DNA from: Opitutia bacterium
GTDB taxonomy: Bacteria > Verrucomicrobiota > Verrucomicrobiia > Opitutales > T3Sed10-336
Length of the DNA: 64,000 bases
NCBI GenBank assembly: GCA_050506795.1
Contig: JBJHCF010000026.1
Coordinates: 8,349 to 72,348, forward strand
Reading direction: 5' to 3'
Below are positions 54,700 through 64,000 of the stretch, in pieces. The notes below the pieces were generated by a model, which worked only from the letters and a program-made list of their open reading frames with translations, had not been told where the DNA came from and made no database searches. The first letter of the stretch is position 1, and the number at the start of each line of letters is the position of its first letter. The translations under genes and the position numbers were made by a program.

Positions 54700-55695
54700 A
54701 TGATGGAACCCAAAGTCGCGGTAGTGGGGTGTGGGTACTGGGGGAAAAACCTGGTGCGTAATTTCAAGCAAATTGGTGCGTTGGCGTTGGTTTGCGATCC
54801 GACCGTTGCCGGTCGCAAGCTGGCCGCCGAGATTGCTCCGGGAATCGCGGTTGAAGATGAAATCGGGGCCGCGCTGGATCGTGATGACATCGCCGCGGTG
54901 GTGGTGGCGACTCCGGCGGAAACCCACCGGGAACTGGTGTTGCGCGCCCTGGAGGCGGGCAAAGATGTTCTGGTGGAAAAGCCGCTGGCCCTGAATTACC
55001 TCGAAGGCCAGGAAATGCAGGCGGCGGCCGAATCCAAAGGCCGCATTTTGATGGTGGGACATCTCCTCGAATACCATGCGGCGGTACTGCGGTTGCGTGA
55101 ACTGCTGAATCAGAATGTGTTGGGCCGGGTAAATTACATTTACTCAAACCGCCTCAATTTCGGGAAGGTCCGGGTGGAGGAAAACTCTCTCTGGAGTTTT
55201 GCCCCGCACGACATCGCGGTGATTCTCCGCCTGGTCGGAGAGCTTCCCATCGAAGTGACCTGCTGCGGAGGAAACTACGTTTCCCCGAATGTGGAGGACG
55301 TCACCGTATCCTGTCTGCACTTTCGCACCGGGCTCAGGGCCCATATTTTCGTCAGTTGGCTCAATCCCTTCAAGGAACAGAAACTCGTGGTGGTCGGAAA
55401 CGACAAGATGGCCGTGTTCAACGACGTCGAGCCGGACGAAAAGCTGGTGCTGTTCAATCAGCAGGTGAAACTCGAAGCCGGAAAACCGGTGCTCTACAAC
55501 GGAGATCGCACGGTGGTTGAGTTGGAAAAAGGCGAGCCGTTGCGCCGGGAGTGTGAACACTTCCTCGAATGTGTTCGCGAGCGACGGACGCCTTTGACCG
55601 ATGCCTCCGCCGGCGTGCGGGTTCTGAAGGTCCTGCAGGCCTGTCAGACTTCACTGCGGCTTAATGGTCGTCCGGTGGTCTTGAGTGACATATAG
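54700..55695 (+). CDS. Gfo/Idh/MocA oxidoreductase, WbpB/WlbA-like
   Basis: VVGCGYWG, VEKPLA, FAPHD; first gene of a wbpBDE-like triad. Confidence 0.85.
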   Translation: MMEPKVAVVGCGYWGKNLVRNFKQIGALALVCDPTVAGRKLAAEIAPGIAVEDEIGAALDRDDIAAVVVATPAETHRELVLRALEAGKDVLVEKPLALNYLEGQEMQAAAESKGRILMVGHLLEYHAAVLRLRELLNQNVLGRVNYIYSNRLNFGKVRVEENSLWSFAPHDIAVILRLVGELPIEVTCCGGNYVSPNVEDVTVSCLHFRTGLRAHIFVSWLNPFKEQKLVVVGNDKMAVFNDVEPDEKLVLFNQQVKLEAGKPVLYNGDRTVVELEKGEPLRRECEHFLECVRERRTPLTDASAGVRVLKVLQACQTSLRLNGRPVVLSDI

Positions 55696-55709
55696 CGCGA
55701 AACCGACTT

Positions 55710-56372
55710 ATGGAATACTTCGCTCACGAGACCGCGGTCATCGACCAGCCTTGTCAAATCGGAGAGGGCACAAAAATCTGGCATTTCGCCCATGTCCTGG
55801 CGGGCGCCCGAATTGGTCGCCGCTGTATTTTCGGGCAGAACACGATGGTTGCGGACGGCGTGGTGATCGGCGATAACGTCAAGGTCCAGAACAATGTGGC
55901 CCTCTATACCGGAACGGTGATTGAGGATGACGTGTTTCTCGGCCCGTCCTGTGTGCTGACCAACGTGACGAACCCCCGTTCCCAGGTGAAGCGTCACAGC
56001 CTGTACGAAAAAACCTTGATCCGTCGCGGCGCCACGGTGGGCGCCAACGCGACAATCGTCTGCGGGGTTACCCTCGGGCGATACAGCTTCATCTCAGCCG
56101 GAGCCGTGGTGACCCGCGACGTCCCCGACTATGCACTGATCGTCGGTGTTCCCGGCAGGCAGAAGGGGTGGATGAGCCGGCACGGACATATTCTTCGCCC
56201 GGATGACGAGGGACGCTCTGTTTGTCCCGAGTCCGGCTTTGCCTATCGTCTTGAGAGGGACGAACACGGTGCGGAACGGATGCGGTGCCTCGACCTTGAC
56301 GAGGAAGCCCCGCTGCCGGAACCCCTGTCCGAGGGCAGGAAAACCTACGATGAGTTCAAAGTATCCTCTTAA
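55710..56372 (+). CDS. Hexapeptide-repeat N-acetyltransferase, WbpD/WlbB-like
   Basis: TKIWHF, KVQNNV, GPSCVLTNVTNPRS, GANATIVCG, GWMSRHG. Confidence 0.9.
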   Translation: MEYFAHETAVIDQPCQIGEGTKIWHFAHVLAGARIGRRCIFGQNTMVADGVVIGDNVKVQNNVALYTGTVIEDDVFLGPSCVLTNVTNPRSQVKRHSLYEKTLIRRGATVGANATIVCGVTLGRYSFISAGAVVTRDVPDYALIVGVPGRQKGWMSRHGHILRPDDEGRSVCPESGFAYRLERDEHGAERMRCLDLDEEAPLPEPLSEGRKTYDEFKVSS

Positions 56373-56419
56373 CGCTTTCAAAGTTCCCTTCGAATCCTGG
56401 ATCCTTTAGTTTTTTAGCC

Positions 56420-57640
56420 ATGGCAGTACCATTACTCGACATTAAGACCCAGAACGCCGCGCTTCGCGAGGAACTTGAATCCGCCTTTCGACGGGTGCTT
56501 GATTCCGGACGCTTTATCCTCGGTTCCGAGGTTGAAGAGCTGGAGAACGAAATTGCCGTCATGTGCGGCGTTAAACACGCGATCGGGGTTTCGTCTGGAA
56601 CCGACGCCATTTTACTGGCGCTCATGGCCCTGAACATCGGTCCCGGAGATGAGGTGCTTTGTCCCACCTTTACCTTTTTCGCCACCGCCGGATGTGTGGC
56701 CCGTACCGGCGCCACTCCTGTTTTCGTCGATGTCGATCCGGTGAGTTTCAACATCGATCTCGATGACGCCGCGGAAAAGGTGACCGACCGCACCAAAGCG
56801 ATCATTCCGGTCCATTTGTTCGGGCAGGTCGCGGAGATGGACGGCGTGATGGCGCTGGCTCAGAAGCACGGGCTGCAGGTGATCGAGGACGGCGCGCAGT
56901 CTTTGGGCGCCGGCTACCGCGGGCGTCCGGCCGGAAGTATGGGACACTTCGGAACATTCAGTTTTTTCCCTTCCAAGAATCTGGGAGGATTCGGCGACTC
57001 CGGAATGCTGGTCTGCAACGACGACCGGCTGGGAGAGAAGGCGCATATCCTGAGGACCCACGGATCGAAACCCAAATACTACCACAAATATATCGGCGGA
57101 AATTTCCGCCTGGATCCCCTGCAGGCGGCATTGCTTCGGGTGAAGGTTCCCCACTACGGGAAGTACACTGAGAACCGGCAGGCCAATGCCGATTACTACA
57201 CCGAAAACCTACTCAAACTGCCTCAGGTCGAGTTGACGGTGGAGGATGATTCGAACGCTCAAGGCCCGGCTCGGATTCTCCTTCCTCGCCTTGGTCCCGA
57301 TCGTCTGCACATTTGGAACCAGTACACCGTCCGGGTGCTCGACGTTGACGGCGCCGCCTCGGCCGGAGAAAACCCAAGAGATCGCCTCAAGGCGTTTCTG
57401 GCTGACAAAGGGATCGGCTCGGAAATCTACTATCCGGTCTGCATGCACCAGCAGGAATGTTTTAAAACCAGGTATCCGGATAATGTCTGGACTTCGATCA
57501 GAATGGACTCGCGTTATCCGAATGGCGTGGCTGACCGCCTGGCCGCCGAATGCCTGAGCATTCCGATCTACCCGGAACTCACCCGGGAGCAGAAGGACGA
57601 AGTGGTCGCGGCCATCGCCGAATTCCTCGGCACGGCATGA
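56420..57640 (+). CDS. DegT/DnrJ aminotransferase, WbpE/WlbC-like
   Basis: SSGTDA, PVHLFGQ, IEDGAQ, SFFPSKNLG, NFRLD. Confidence 0.92.
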   Translation: MAVPLLDIKTQNAALREELESAFRRVLDSGRFILGSEVEELENEIAVMCGVKHAIGVSSGTDAILLALMALNIGPGDEVLCPTFTFFATAGCVARTGATPVFVDVDPVSFNIDLDDAAEKVTDRTKAIIPVHLFGQVAEMDGVMALAQKHGLQVIEDGAQSLGAGYRGRPAGSMGHFGTFSFFPSKNLGGFGDSGMLVCNDDRLGEKAHILRTHGSKPKYYHKYIGGNFRLDPLQAALLRVKVPHYGKYTENRQANADYYTENLLKLPQVELTVEDDSNAQGPARILLPRLGPDRLHIWNQYTVRVLDVDGAASAGENPRDRLKAFLADKGIGSEIYYPVCMHQQECFKTRYPDNVWTSIRMDSRYPNGVADRLAAECLSIPIYPELTREQKDEVVAAIAEFLGTA

Positions 57641-57674
57641 TCCGGAATTGACAGACCCTTCCCGGCCCGCTCGA

Positions 57675-58508
57675 TCAGGACGAGGGTAACCGGGCTTCGG
57701 AGCGGATATTCCCCCGCTCCAACCGGTATTCGCGGGCGCGTTCGAAAGGTGTGGGATCCGCCGGAGGCGCCCCCCTTACTTCCCTTTGCTGCGGTCGGGT
57801 TTGGGGAGTGGTCGGGGGCGGTGAGGGATCCTCCTTTTCCGGCGGTTTTCCGGTGTGGGGGTTGATGATATAAACGGGAGAAACATGGGTAATGCGAGGG
57901 CGTTCGCGCAACATGCGTTGTTCCTCCTCGAGGCGCCGGTTCTCCCTCTCGATCTCTGTCGCGCGGATTTCCGCCTCCCGCACCCGCTGCTGGAGTGCCA
58001 GCAGTTCAATCTGGCGTTGCTGTTCAAGACGGCGCAAGCGCTCCTCCTCCGCCAACTCGGCCCGCAATACCTCCAGTTCGAAACTGATGTCGACTTCAGG
58101 GTAGTGACGCTGGAACGTATTCCAGAACGCCATCTGTTCGCGTGCGGATCGCTCCTTGAAAGACGGGTCCGTCAACCTTTCGTCGCGGAGAGCTCGACCC
58201 TCGGACAGTCTTTCCTGCCGTTGCGCTTCGCGGGCCAGAGCTGCTTCGCGCGCACGTGCGGCACGCGCTTCCAATTCTTCTTCGCTGATGAGATCGACCC
58301 GCTCCACCACACCCTCGCGCACATGGACCTCGCCGCGAGCAAAGTGGAGAATTAGAAAGCGTTCAGAGCCGATTGTGCCGCGGGGTTCTCCCAGAACGGC
58401 ATAAACCGTGTCGATCGAGTCGCCCGGCAGCAGCTCGGGGGTTACAGAGTCTGCCGCCGTCGGAAGGGCGATGAAAAAGGGCAGGAGGTAAATCCAGAAT
58501 CGCTTCAT
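57675..58508 (-). CDS. Hypothetical secreted coiled-coil protein
   Basis: Signal peptide, GDSIDTVYAVLGEP small domain, E/R-rich coiled coil, Pro-rich tail. Confidence 0.75.
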   Translation of the reverse strand: MKRFWIYLLPFFIALPTAADSVTPELLPGDSIDTVYAVLGEPRGTIGSERFLILHFARGEVHVREGVVERVDLISEEELEARAARAREAALAREAQRQERLSEGRALRDERLTDPSFKERSAREQMAFWNTFQRHYPEVDISFELEVLRAELAEEERLRRLEQQRQIELLALQQRVREAEIRATEIERENRRLEEEQRMLRERPRITHVSPVYIINPHTGKPPEKEDPSPPPTTPQTRPQQREVRGAPPADPTPFERAREYRLERGNIRSEARLPSS

Positions 58509-58609
58509 AATAAATGCACGATAATCGATTTGTCGGAAAATGACAATGCATTTGCGTCGCTTTGGGACATTGCCCGGAGAGTGGGATACATGGCATAAAA
58601 CTGAAATAA

Positions 58610-58647
58610 TCAGGGAATTCCTTATGTTTTATTCAGGGTTTGACTTA
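58610..58647 (+). promoter_or_regulatory. Tandem operator pair (putative response-regulator sites)
   Basis: TCAGGGAATTCCTTA (58610-58624) and TCAGGGTTTGACTTA (58633-58647), 23-bp period. Confidence 0.55.
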
Positions 58648-58760
58648 GATTTAGCGCTTGCGGCGAATTCCATTAGCCTGAATACTAAGTTTTTGCCATG
58701 ATTCTCGCCGAAGATTCCGATCTATTCGAATTGCGACCGGGTTGAACTGCGGCAATATTG

Positions 58761-60716
58761 ATGTCTGCCATGAACGAAGTCCTATCCCTCCTACTTGTCG
58801 AAGATTCCGAGGACGATGCTCTCTTGGTGGTGGAGGAGCTGCGTCGGTCGTCCATTGCCTTCGATTTTAAGCGGGTATGGAGTCTGGAGGATTACCGGAG
58901 CGCGCTCGAAACCGGACGGTGGGATGCGGTGATTTGTGACTATGTGCTTCCAGGTTTCAACGGTCTGGAAGCGCTGGAGATTTTCCGGAAAAACGGATTG
59001 GCGATCCCGTTCCTGATTATCTCAGGAGCGGTGGGAGAGGATGTCGCGGTCGAAACCATGCGAATGGGGGCGCACGACTACATTCCGAAGGAGAGCCTTG
59101 TCCGTCTCGGCCCGGCTCTGGAACGTCAACTGAAGGATGCCGCCATCCGCAGGAGTCGAAGTGCGATGGAGAACGCGTTGCGGGAGAGTGAACGTCGATT
59201 CCGGATGCTGGCGGAGAAATCGAGAGATCTGGTGACCCTGGTCTCGGCCGAGGGCGTGTTGCTCTACGTTTCCCCGTCGGTCCAGGTTCTGCTCGGATTT
59301 AAACCGGACCATCTGCTCGGCACCTTGTTGTCGGACCTGATTCATCCCGAGGACCGTGATCGGGCTATGAACGAGTTTCGACGCGTCGCCGCCGATGGAG
59401 GTGAGTTGCCGCCCTTCGAGTACCGACTGCGGCGCCAGGACGACGTGCATTCCTGGTTCGAGACTTTAATCGAGGCTGTCGTGGACGACGACGGCAAGGT
59501 CGTGAACCTGTTGTGCAACTCGCGTGATATCTCGGAGAGACGCGAAGTCGACGAACGGTTTCGCCAGATCCAGAAAATGGAAAGCCTGGGCAATCTCGCC
59601 GGGGGGATCGCCCATGACTTCAATAATATCCTGGCGGTCATCAACGGCTACAGTGAATTGATCATTAACCTGCCCCAGGCCGACGAACAGGTGAAACGTT
59701 TCGCGCAGGAGATAAACCGAAGCGGCGAACGCGCATCACAATTGGTGAAGCAGATTCTCACTTTCGCCCGGAAGACCGACAGCCATTTCCATGCCGTGCG
59801 AGTGAACGAAACCATTCGCGAAATTCACGAGCTTCTCAAGGAAACTTTCCCTCGCTCCATCGAGATTGAACTGAAGCTTGACGACGAGCTTCCCGCGATA
59901 GAAGCCGATGCTCAGCAGATCAGTCAGGTTTTTATGAACCTGGCGGTGAACGCCCGGGATGTGATGAAGGAAAACGGCGGACGCCTCATCTTCTCCTCCG
60001 AGCGAGTGGATACCTCCGATCTTCCGGAGGGTTTTCCTTGTCCGGTCGATGTTGATTATGTGCGAATACGGGTGACCGACACTGGATACGGCATGGACGA
60101 GGAAGTGAAATCCAGGATCTTCGAGCCGTTCTTTACCACCAAGGAAGTGGGCGATGGCACGGGATTGGGACTCGCGGTGGTTTACGGCATTATGCAGAAT
60201 CACTGCGGCCATGTTGAGGTCGCCAGCCGGCCGGGACGGGGCACGGTTTTCAGTTTGTATTTTCCCATTGAGATGGCGTCGAAGGAGTCCTCGCCGAAAT
60301 TACATCAGTTTCACGAACCCGCGGGTGGCAAAGAGACCCTCTTGCTGGTTGAGGATGAGGTCATGGTTGCGGAATGGTTGCGCTGGAGCCTGTCCAAGAA
60401 AGGCTACCGGGTGCTCTGGGCGAAAGACGCGACCGATGCGATGAGCCTGTATGAACGGGAAAAGGCCGCCATCGCTTTGGTGCTGGTGGATCACGGCCTG
60501 CCGGGGATGAGTGGATGGGACTTATTTCTCCACCTCAAGGAAATGAATTCCGAATTGCCCGTTATCATCGCTACGGGTTATCTCGACAACAGCCTTCGCC
60601 AGGGGATGCTCGAATCGGGAGTGGCGGGTTTCCTGCATAAGCCTCTCAAACGAAAAGAGCTCCTGCAATATGTCAGGCAGATCCTGGACGCCAAAGCGGC
60701 CCGCGCGGGGGAATGA
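58761..60716 (+). CDS. Cytoplasmic hybrid histidine kinase (REC-PAS-HisKA-HATPase-REC)
   Basis: LLVEDSEDD...[49 protein letters not shown]...LVDH...KP. Confidence 0.94.
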   Translation: MSAMNEVLSLLLVEDSEDDALLVVEELRRSSIAFDFKRVWSLEDYRSALETGRWDAVICDYVLPGFNGLEALEIFRKNGLAIPFLIISGAVGEDVAVETMRMGAHDYIPKESLVRLGPALERQLKDAAIRRSRSAMENALRESERRFRMLAEKSRDLVTLVSAEGVLLYVSPSVQVLLGFKPDHLLGTLLSDLIHPEDRDRAMNEFRRVAADGGELPPFEYRLRRQDDVHSWFETLIEAVVDDDGKVVNLLCNSRDISERREVDERFRQIQKMESLGNLAGGIAHDFNNILAVINGYSELIINLPQADEQVKRFAQEINRSGERASQLVKQILTFARKTDSHFHAVRVNETIREIHELLKETFPRSIEIELKLDDELPAIEADAQQISQVFMNLAVNARDVMKENGGRLIFSSERVDTSDLPEGFPCPVDVDYVRIRVTDTGYGMDEEVKSRIFEPFFTTKEVGDGTGLGLAVVYGIMQNHCGHVEVASRPGRGTVFSLYFPIEMASKESSPKLHQFHEPAGGKETLLLVEDEVMVAEWLRWSLSKKGYRVLWAKDATDAMSLYEREKAAIALVLVDHGLPGMSGWDLFLHLKEMNSELPVIIATGYLDNSLRQGMLESGVAGFLHKPLKRKELLQYVRQILDAKAARAGE

Positions 60717-60726
60717 TCGGCGACCT

Positions 60727-61065
60727 TCAGAATCCCCGGTGAAATCGCAGGGTTTCGGTCAGGACCTCGTTGCGACGCATCAGATCGAGGATGATCCGAA
60801 TGCCGCTCAGGTTCACCCCGTGCTCCCGTCGTAGAAATTCGATCCGCCTAATCTCGTAAACGGAATGATCGTTGAAGCGCGGTCGGGATTCCTCCGCATC
60901 CGTTATGCCCGAAAGCAAACCGATGCGGCAGTAATAGCGCAGCCGCTCAGGATGAATTCCGGCCAGACGGGCCGCGGTGGTCAGATTGTAGAATTCTCCA
61001 GATGCTCCGAGGTCTATATCGGTCTCCACGAGAACGGCACGAGTGGTCATTCGCTTTGCCTTCAT
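60727..61065 (-). CDS. cbpM: Chaperone modulator CbpM (MerR-like)
   Basis: AARLAGIHPERLRYYCRIGLL, IRRIEFLRREHGVNLSGI; ATGA overlap with cbpA stop. Confidence 0.8.
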   Translation of the reverse strand: MKAKRMTTRAVLVETDIDLGASGEFYNLTTAARLAGIHPERLRYYCRIGLLSGITDAEESRPRFNDHSVYEIRRIEFLRREHGVNLSGIRIILDLMRRNEVLTETLRFHRGF

Positions 61066-62051
61066 TTTTCGTTGCGGGGATTGAAGTTGCTGACGCGGCT
61101 CAGTTCGGTCCAAAGCTCGCGGGCACGCTCCGTCGCGGCGGGAGGTATACGGATTTCCGCCCGGACGTACAGATCTCCCCGGGTTCCGGTGCGGTTGGGC
61201 AAGCCATGGCCGCGAAGGCGGAATTTTTGTCCGTTTTGGGTGCCGGCGGGGATTTTCATGGTAACCGCATCCGTCAGGGTGGGGACCTTCTGTCGACTTC
61301 CCAGAACCGCCTCCCATGGCGCCAAAGGCAGATCGTAATAGAGGTCCTTTCCCTGGACGCGAAAATCAGGATGGGCGGCGAAACAGACTTTCAGGAAAAG
61401 GTGTCCGGCCCGGCCGCGACCTGTTCCCGGCTCACCCTGGCCGGCCAGACGAATACGTTGGCCTTCGGTGACTCCCGGCGGGATTTTTACCTGGTACGTT
61501 TCGGTGTCGCCCTCCTTTCCTCCGGTTCGCTCACGTCTCAATGTAATCAGCCGGTTCGATCCCCGGAGAGCCTCCTCAAGGGTGACCATGATGTCGGCTT
61601 CCACGTCGCGCCCGGTCCGGTCCCCGGAAGTCGCCCGACTTTGGAAGCCCGATCCGAAGGGATCCGCTCCTCCCATCGAACCGAAAAAGGTTTCGAAGAA
61701 GTCACTGAATCCGGTGCCGCCAAAGTGAAACCGCTCTTCCCCGGCGAACGGCCCGGTCCGGCCTTCTCTTCGGAAGCCACCCGCGTGAGGTCCGCCTTCC
61801 GCCCGCCCGGAAAAGTCGGCCTGCTCCCAATTGGCGCCCAGCCGGTCGTACTTCTTTCGTTTCTCCGGATCCTTCAGAACCTGGTAGGCTTCGTTGATCT
61901 CCTTGAACTTCGATTCGGCTCCGGCTTTGTCGGCGGCGACATCCGGATGGAATTTGCGCGAAAGCCGGCGAAAAGCCGCTTTGATCGCTTCCTGGCTGGC
62001 ATCGCGAGGGACTTCCAGAACGCTGTAGTAGTCCTTAAATTGTACCGGCAT
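61062..62051 (-). CDS. cbpA: DnaJ-class co-chaperone CbpA
   Basis: KDYYSVL, KFHPDV, INEAYQVL, FSDFFETFFG; C-terminal DnaJ_C; no Zn finger. Confidence 0.9.
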   Translation of the reverse strand: MPVQFKDYYSVLEVPRDASQEAIKAAFRRLSRKFHPDVAADKAGAESKFKEINEAYQVLKDPEKRKKYDRLGANWEQADFSGRAEGGPHAGGFRREGRTGPFAGEERFHFGGTGFSDFFETFFGSMGGADPFGSGFQSRATSGDRTGRDVEADIMVTLEEALRGSNRLITLRRERTGGKEGDTETYQVKIPPGVTEGQRIRLAGQGEPGTGRGRAGHLFLKVCFAAHPDFRVQGKDLYYDLPLAPWEAVLGSRQKVPTLTDAVTMKIPAGTQNGQKFRLRGHGLPNRTGTRGDLYVRAEIRIPPAATERARELWTELSRVSNFNPRNEK

Positions 62052-62364
62052 GATTGTGGCAGGGAGAAACTCTATTTGCTGTTGAATCCCAAAACCGGTC
62101 GAACCTCGATGCTAACGCCCGGTCCCGGCTATCACCGGGGAGGGAAAGCTGGGCAGATTTGACCCTTGAATTGGGACAAAAGGACCCGAAAAAAGTGATG
62201 GATCGTTTCGATCATTCGATACCTGTGTTTCCATTTCATTAACCATAAAGCACTTCAGGCAATGACCCTGATACGAGAAAAATTGGTATCCTCTATGCGG
62301 TATTATGGGGGAAAGCTTGGTCCGATACAAAACCAAATAATCTTAAAAGGAGGCTAGATGCGTT

Positions 62365-62811
62365 ATGGTACGATTCAATCCAGGTTCACCTTATACCACC
62401 ACCCGATGGGATCCGTTTTCGGAGTTGACCCATCTTCAGCGCACGCTGAGTCGCGCTTTTGATCCCCGCCTGGCGCGCAGGCCGACGGAGTTTCCCGCGG
62501 TGAACGTTTCGGCTAATGACAGTGAAGTCGTTCTGACGGCCGAATTGGCCGGGGTAGACCCCGCCGATTTGGAAATCACGGTGCAGGGCGCCATGGTCAC
62601 AATCAAGGGCGAACGTCACGAGGTCCCGGCGGCCGAGGGCGAGCAATATCACCGGCGGGAACGTGATACGGGAAGCTTTTCCCGGTCACTGGAACTGCCC
62701 TACGATCTCGACCCGGACAAGGTGCGGGCCACGTTGAAAAACGGCATACTCAATGTGTTGATGCCCCGTGCGGAGGCGGACAAACCGCGCAAGGTGAGTA
62801 TCACTTCTTGA
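62365..62811 (+). CDS. Hsp20/alpha-crystallin small heat-shock protein
   Basis: FPAVNV, AELAGV, RERDTGSFSRSLELP, ATLKNGIL, KVSI. Confidence 0.94.
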   Translation: MVRFNPGSPYTTTRWDPFSELTHLQRTLSRAFDPRLARRPTEFPAVNVSANDSEVVLTAELAGVDPADLEITVQGAMVTIKGERHEVPAAEGEQYHRRERDTGSFSRSLELPYDLDPDKVRATLKNGILNVLMPRAEADKPRKVSITS

Positions 62812-62862
62812 TACCGGGGAAACGAGGATCAACGGATTCATTTAAAATTGGAGGATTCAGTT

Positions 62863-63270
62863 ATGAACAGTCGAGCCAATCAAATTGCCAACAAGGAAGC
62901 GCAGGAGCCGGGGCGCTTGGAGCGTACCCGAAATCGGACGGTGTTCTCTCCCAGCGTCGATATTCGTGAAACCAAAGAGGAACTGGTGGTTTATGCCGAC
63001 ATTCCGGGAGTGCCGGATGATAGGGTCGATATCACGGTGGAAAAGGGGGTGTTGACCATCCGCGGGAGTGTTCCGGAGGCGGAAAAGGGCGGCGCCCATT
63101 CGCTGCTCCTGGAGGAATTCGAGACCGGCGATTATGAACGCGCCTTCACCTTGTCCAACGAGGTTGATCAGGACAATATCCGGGCCGCGGTCAAAAACGG
63201 CGTCCTGGAGATTCACCTGCCAAAGGCGGGGCCGGCCAAGGCACGAAAGATAGAAGTGTCGGCTGCCTGA
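62863..63270 (+). CDS. Hsp20/alpha-crystallin small heat-shock protein
   Basis: PSVDIRE, ADIPGV, YERAFTL, KNGVLEIHLPK, KIEV. Confidence 0.94.
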   Translation: MNSRANQIANKEAQEPGRLERTRNRTVFSPSVDIRETKEELVVYADIPGVPDDRVDITVEKGVLTIRGSVPEAEKGGAHSLLLEEFETGDYERAFTLSNEVDQDNIRAAVKNGVLEIHLPKAGPAKARKIEVSAA

Positions 63271-63308
63271 ACAGGTTTGCTTTCCAGGTAAACTCAGGAA
63301 AGGATTAC

Positions 63309-63350
63309 AACATCCCGGAAACATGGGAGAAATGTTTCCGGGATGTTTTT
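63309..63350 (+). terminator. Intrinsic terminator after hsp20 pair
   Basis: AACATCCCGGAAACAT-GGGAGAA-ATGTTTCCGGGATGTT + TTT. Confidence 0.8.
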
Positions 63351-63354
63351 CGTT

Positions 63355-63969
63355 ATGAGAATCAGATGTCTTTTTCCTTTCTGTCTTGCTCTGACCTTGA
63401 TGGCTGCCGGTTCCACCCGAGCGGACACTCCGATCGAAATTTCCAGTATCGAAGAGCTGGCACACTATGCCGCCCAGGACGGCAACCAGGTGCGTTTGGC
63501 GCCGGGAGTGTACCGTATGTCGGACTACCTGAACGGGGAAATACTGGAAGACATCCGGGCCGAGGTGGCCGGCCGCGGAGGCCGGCCGACGGTGAGAATG
63601 ATGGCCTTCAGCGGCAGCGACAACCGTTTCGACTTGCGGGGCGTGACCCTGGAAATCGAGACCGAGCTGTATTCCGACCTCCCTCACGGTTATGTGCGGT
63701 GTGTTTTTATTTCCGGGGACAACAATACCTTCGAAGGCCTTACCATTCGCAACACCGGGCCGAATCAGGGCAGCAATGGAAATATCCTGGCGGTATTCGG
63801 CGAAGGCAACACGCTCGAAGGGGTCACGCTCTACGTTCATGGCTCCTCTCCCTACGGCTACGGTGACCTTTTGGGAAAAGGGGGACCCAATCTCAGAACT
63901 CCTGACCTACCCCCTTGTGAAAATGTCCGGTGTTGGCTTGCGTACGAGGTCCGGGGAAGGCAAGCGTAG
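63355..63969 (+). pseudogene. Secreted right-handed beta-helix protein, apparently truncated or interrupted near 63894
   Basis: Signal peptide; ISSIEEL..YA, VRLAPGVY, FSGSDNRF, ISGDNNTFEGLTI, GSSPYGYGDLLGKGG, then an unrelated-looking tail and an early stop. Confidence 0.55.
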
Positions 63970-64000
63970 GCTCCGAAGGAGGTTTGACCTCGAAGCGCAA

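Noticed and set aside
57469..57530. RYPDNV...RYPNGV short internal repeat in the DegT aminotransferase
   Set aside because: Small in-frame loop insertion with weak nucleotide identity; no evidence of function

Overview
This is a GC-rich bacterial chromosome segment, most likely Verrucomicrobiota (Opitutia-like). That assignment is inferred from a PEP-CTERM protein, a Verrucomicrobia-type C-terminal sorting domain and overall gene content. Most of the window is housekeeping or metabolic: ispH, glgA, cysH, lutABC, ptsI, pabB/pabC, kdsB, hemH, an MCE/Mla-PqiC transporter, cysK, sucCD, rph, dciA, wbpBDE-like sugar genes, cbpA/cbpM and two hsp20 genes. It also holds two tRNAs, a hook-less Mre11/Rad50-like pair, a 2.2-kaa secreted CotH-kinase protein and small mobile-element traces. 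I saw no CRISPR array, prophage or intact transposase. The most interesting observations are: (1) a catalytically degenerate type-1 IPP isomerase (Idi) domain fused to the N-terminus of IspH; (2) a DUF4914-type protein carrying a full set of PEP-carboxykinase-like catalytic motifs, preceded by a structured leader/sRNA that ends in a terminator; (3) a tandem 15-bp operator pair with 23-bp period, repeated at almost the same distance upstream of a sugar transferase and of a hybrid histidine kinase; (4) nested domain-within-domain insertions in the giant CotH protein; (5) a pseudo-adenylate kinase; (6) a long rod-like RNA upstream of ptsI. All family calls come from motif recognition by eye, not from database searches.
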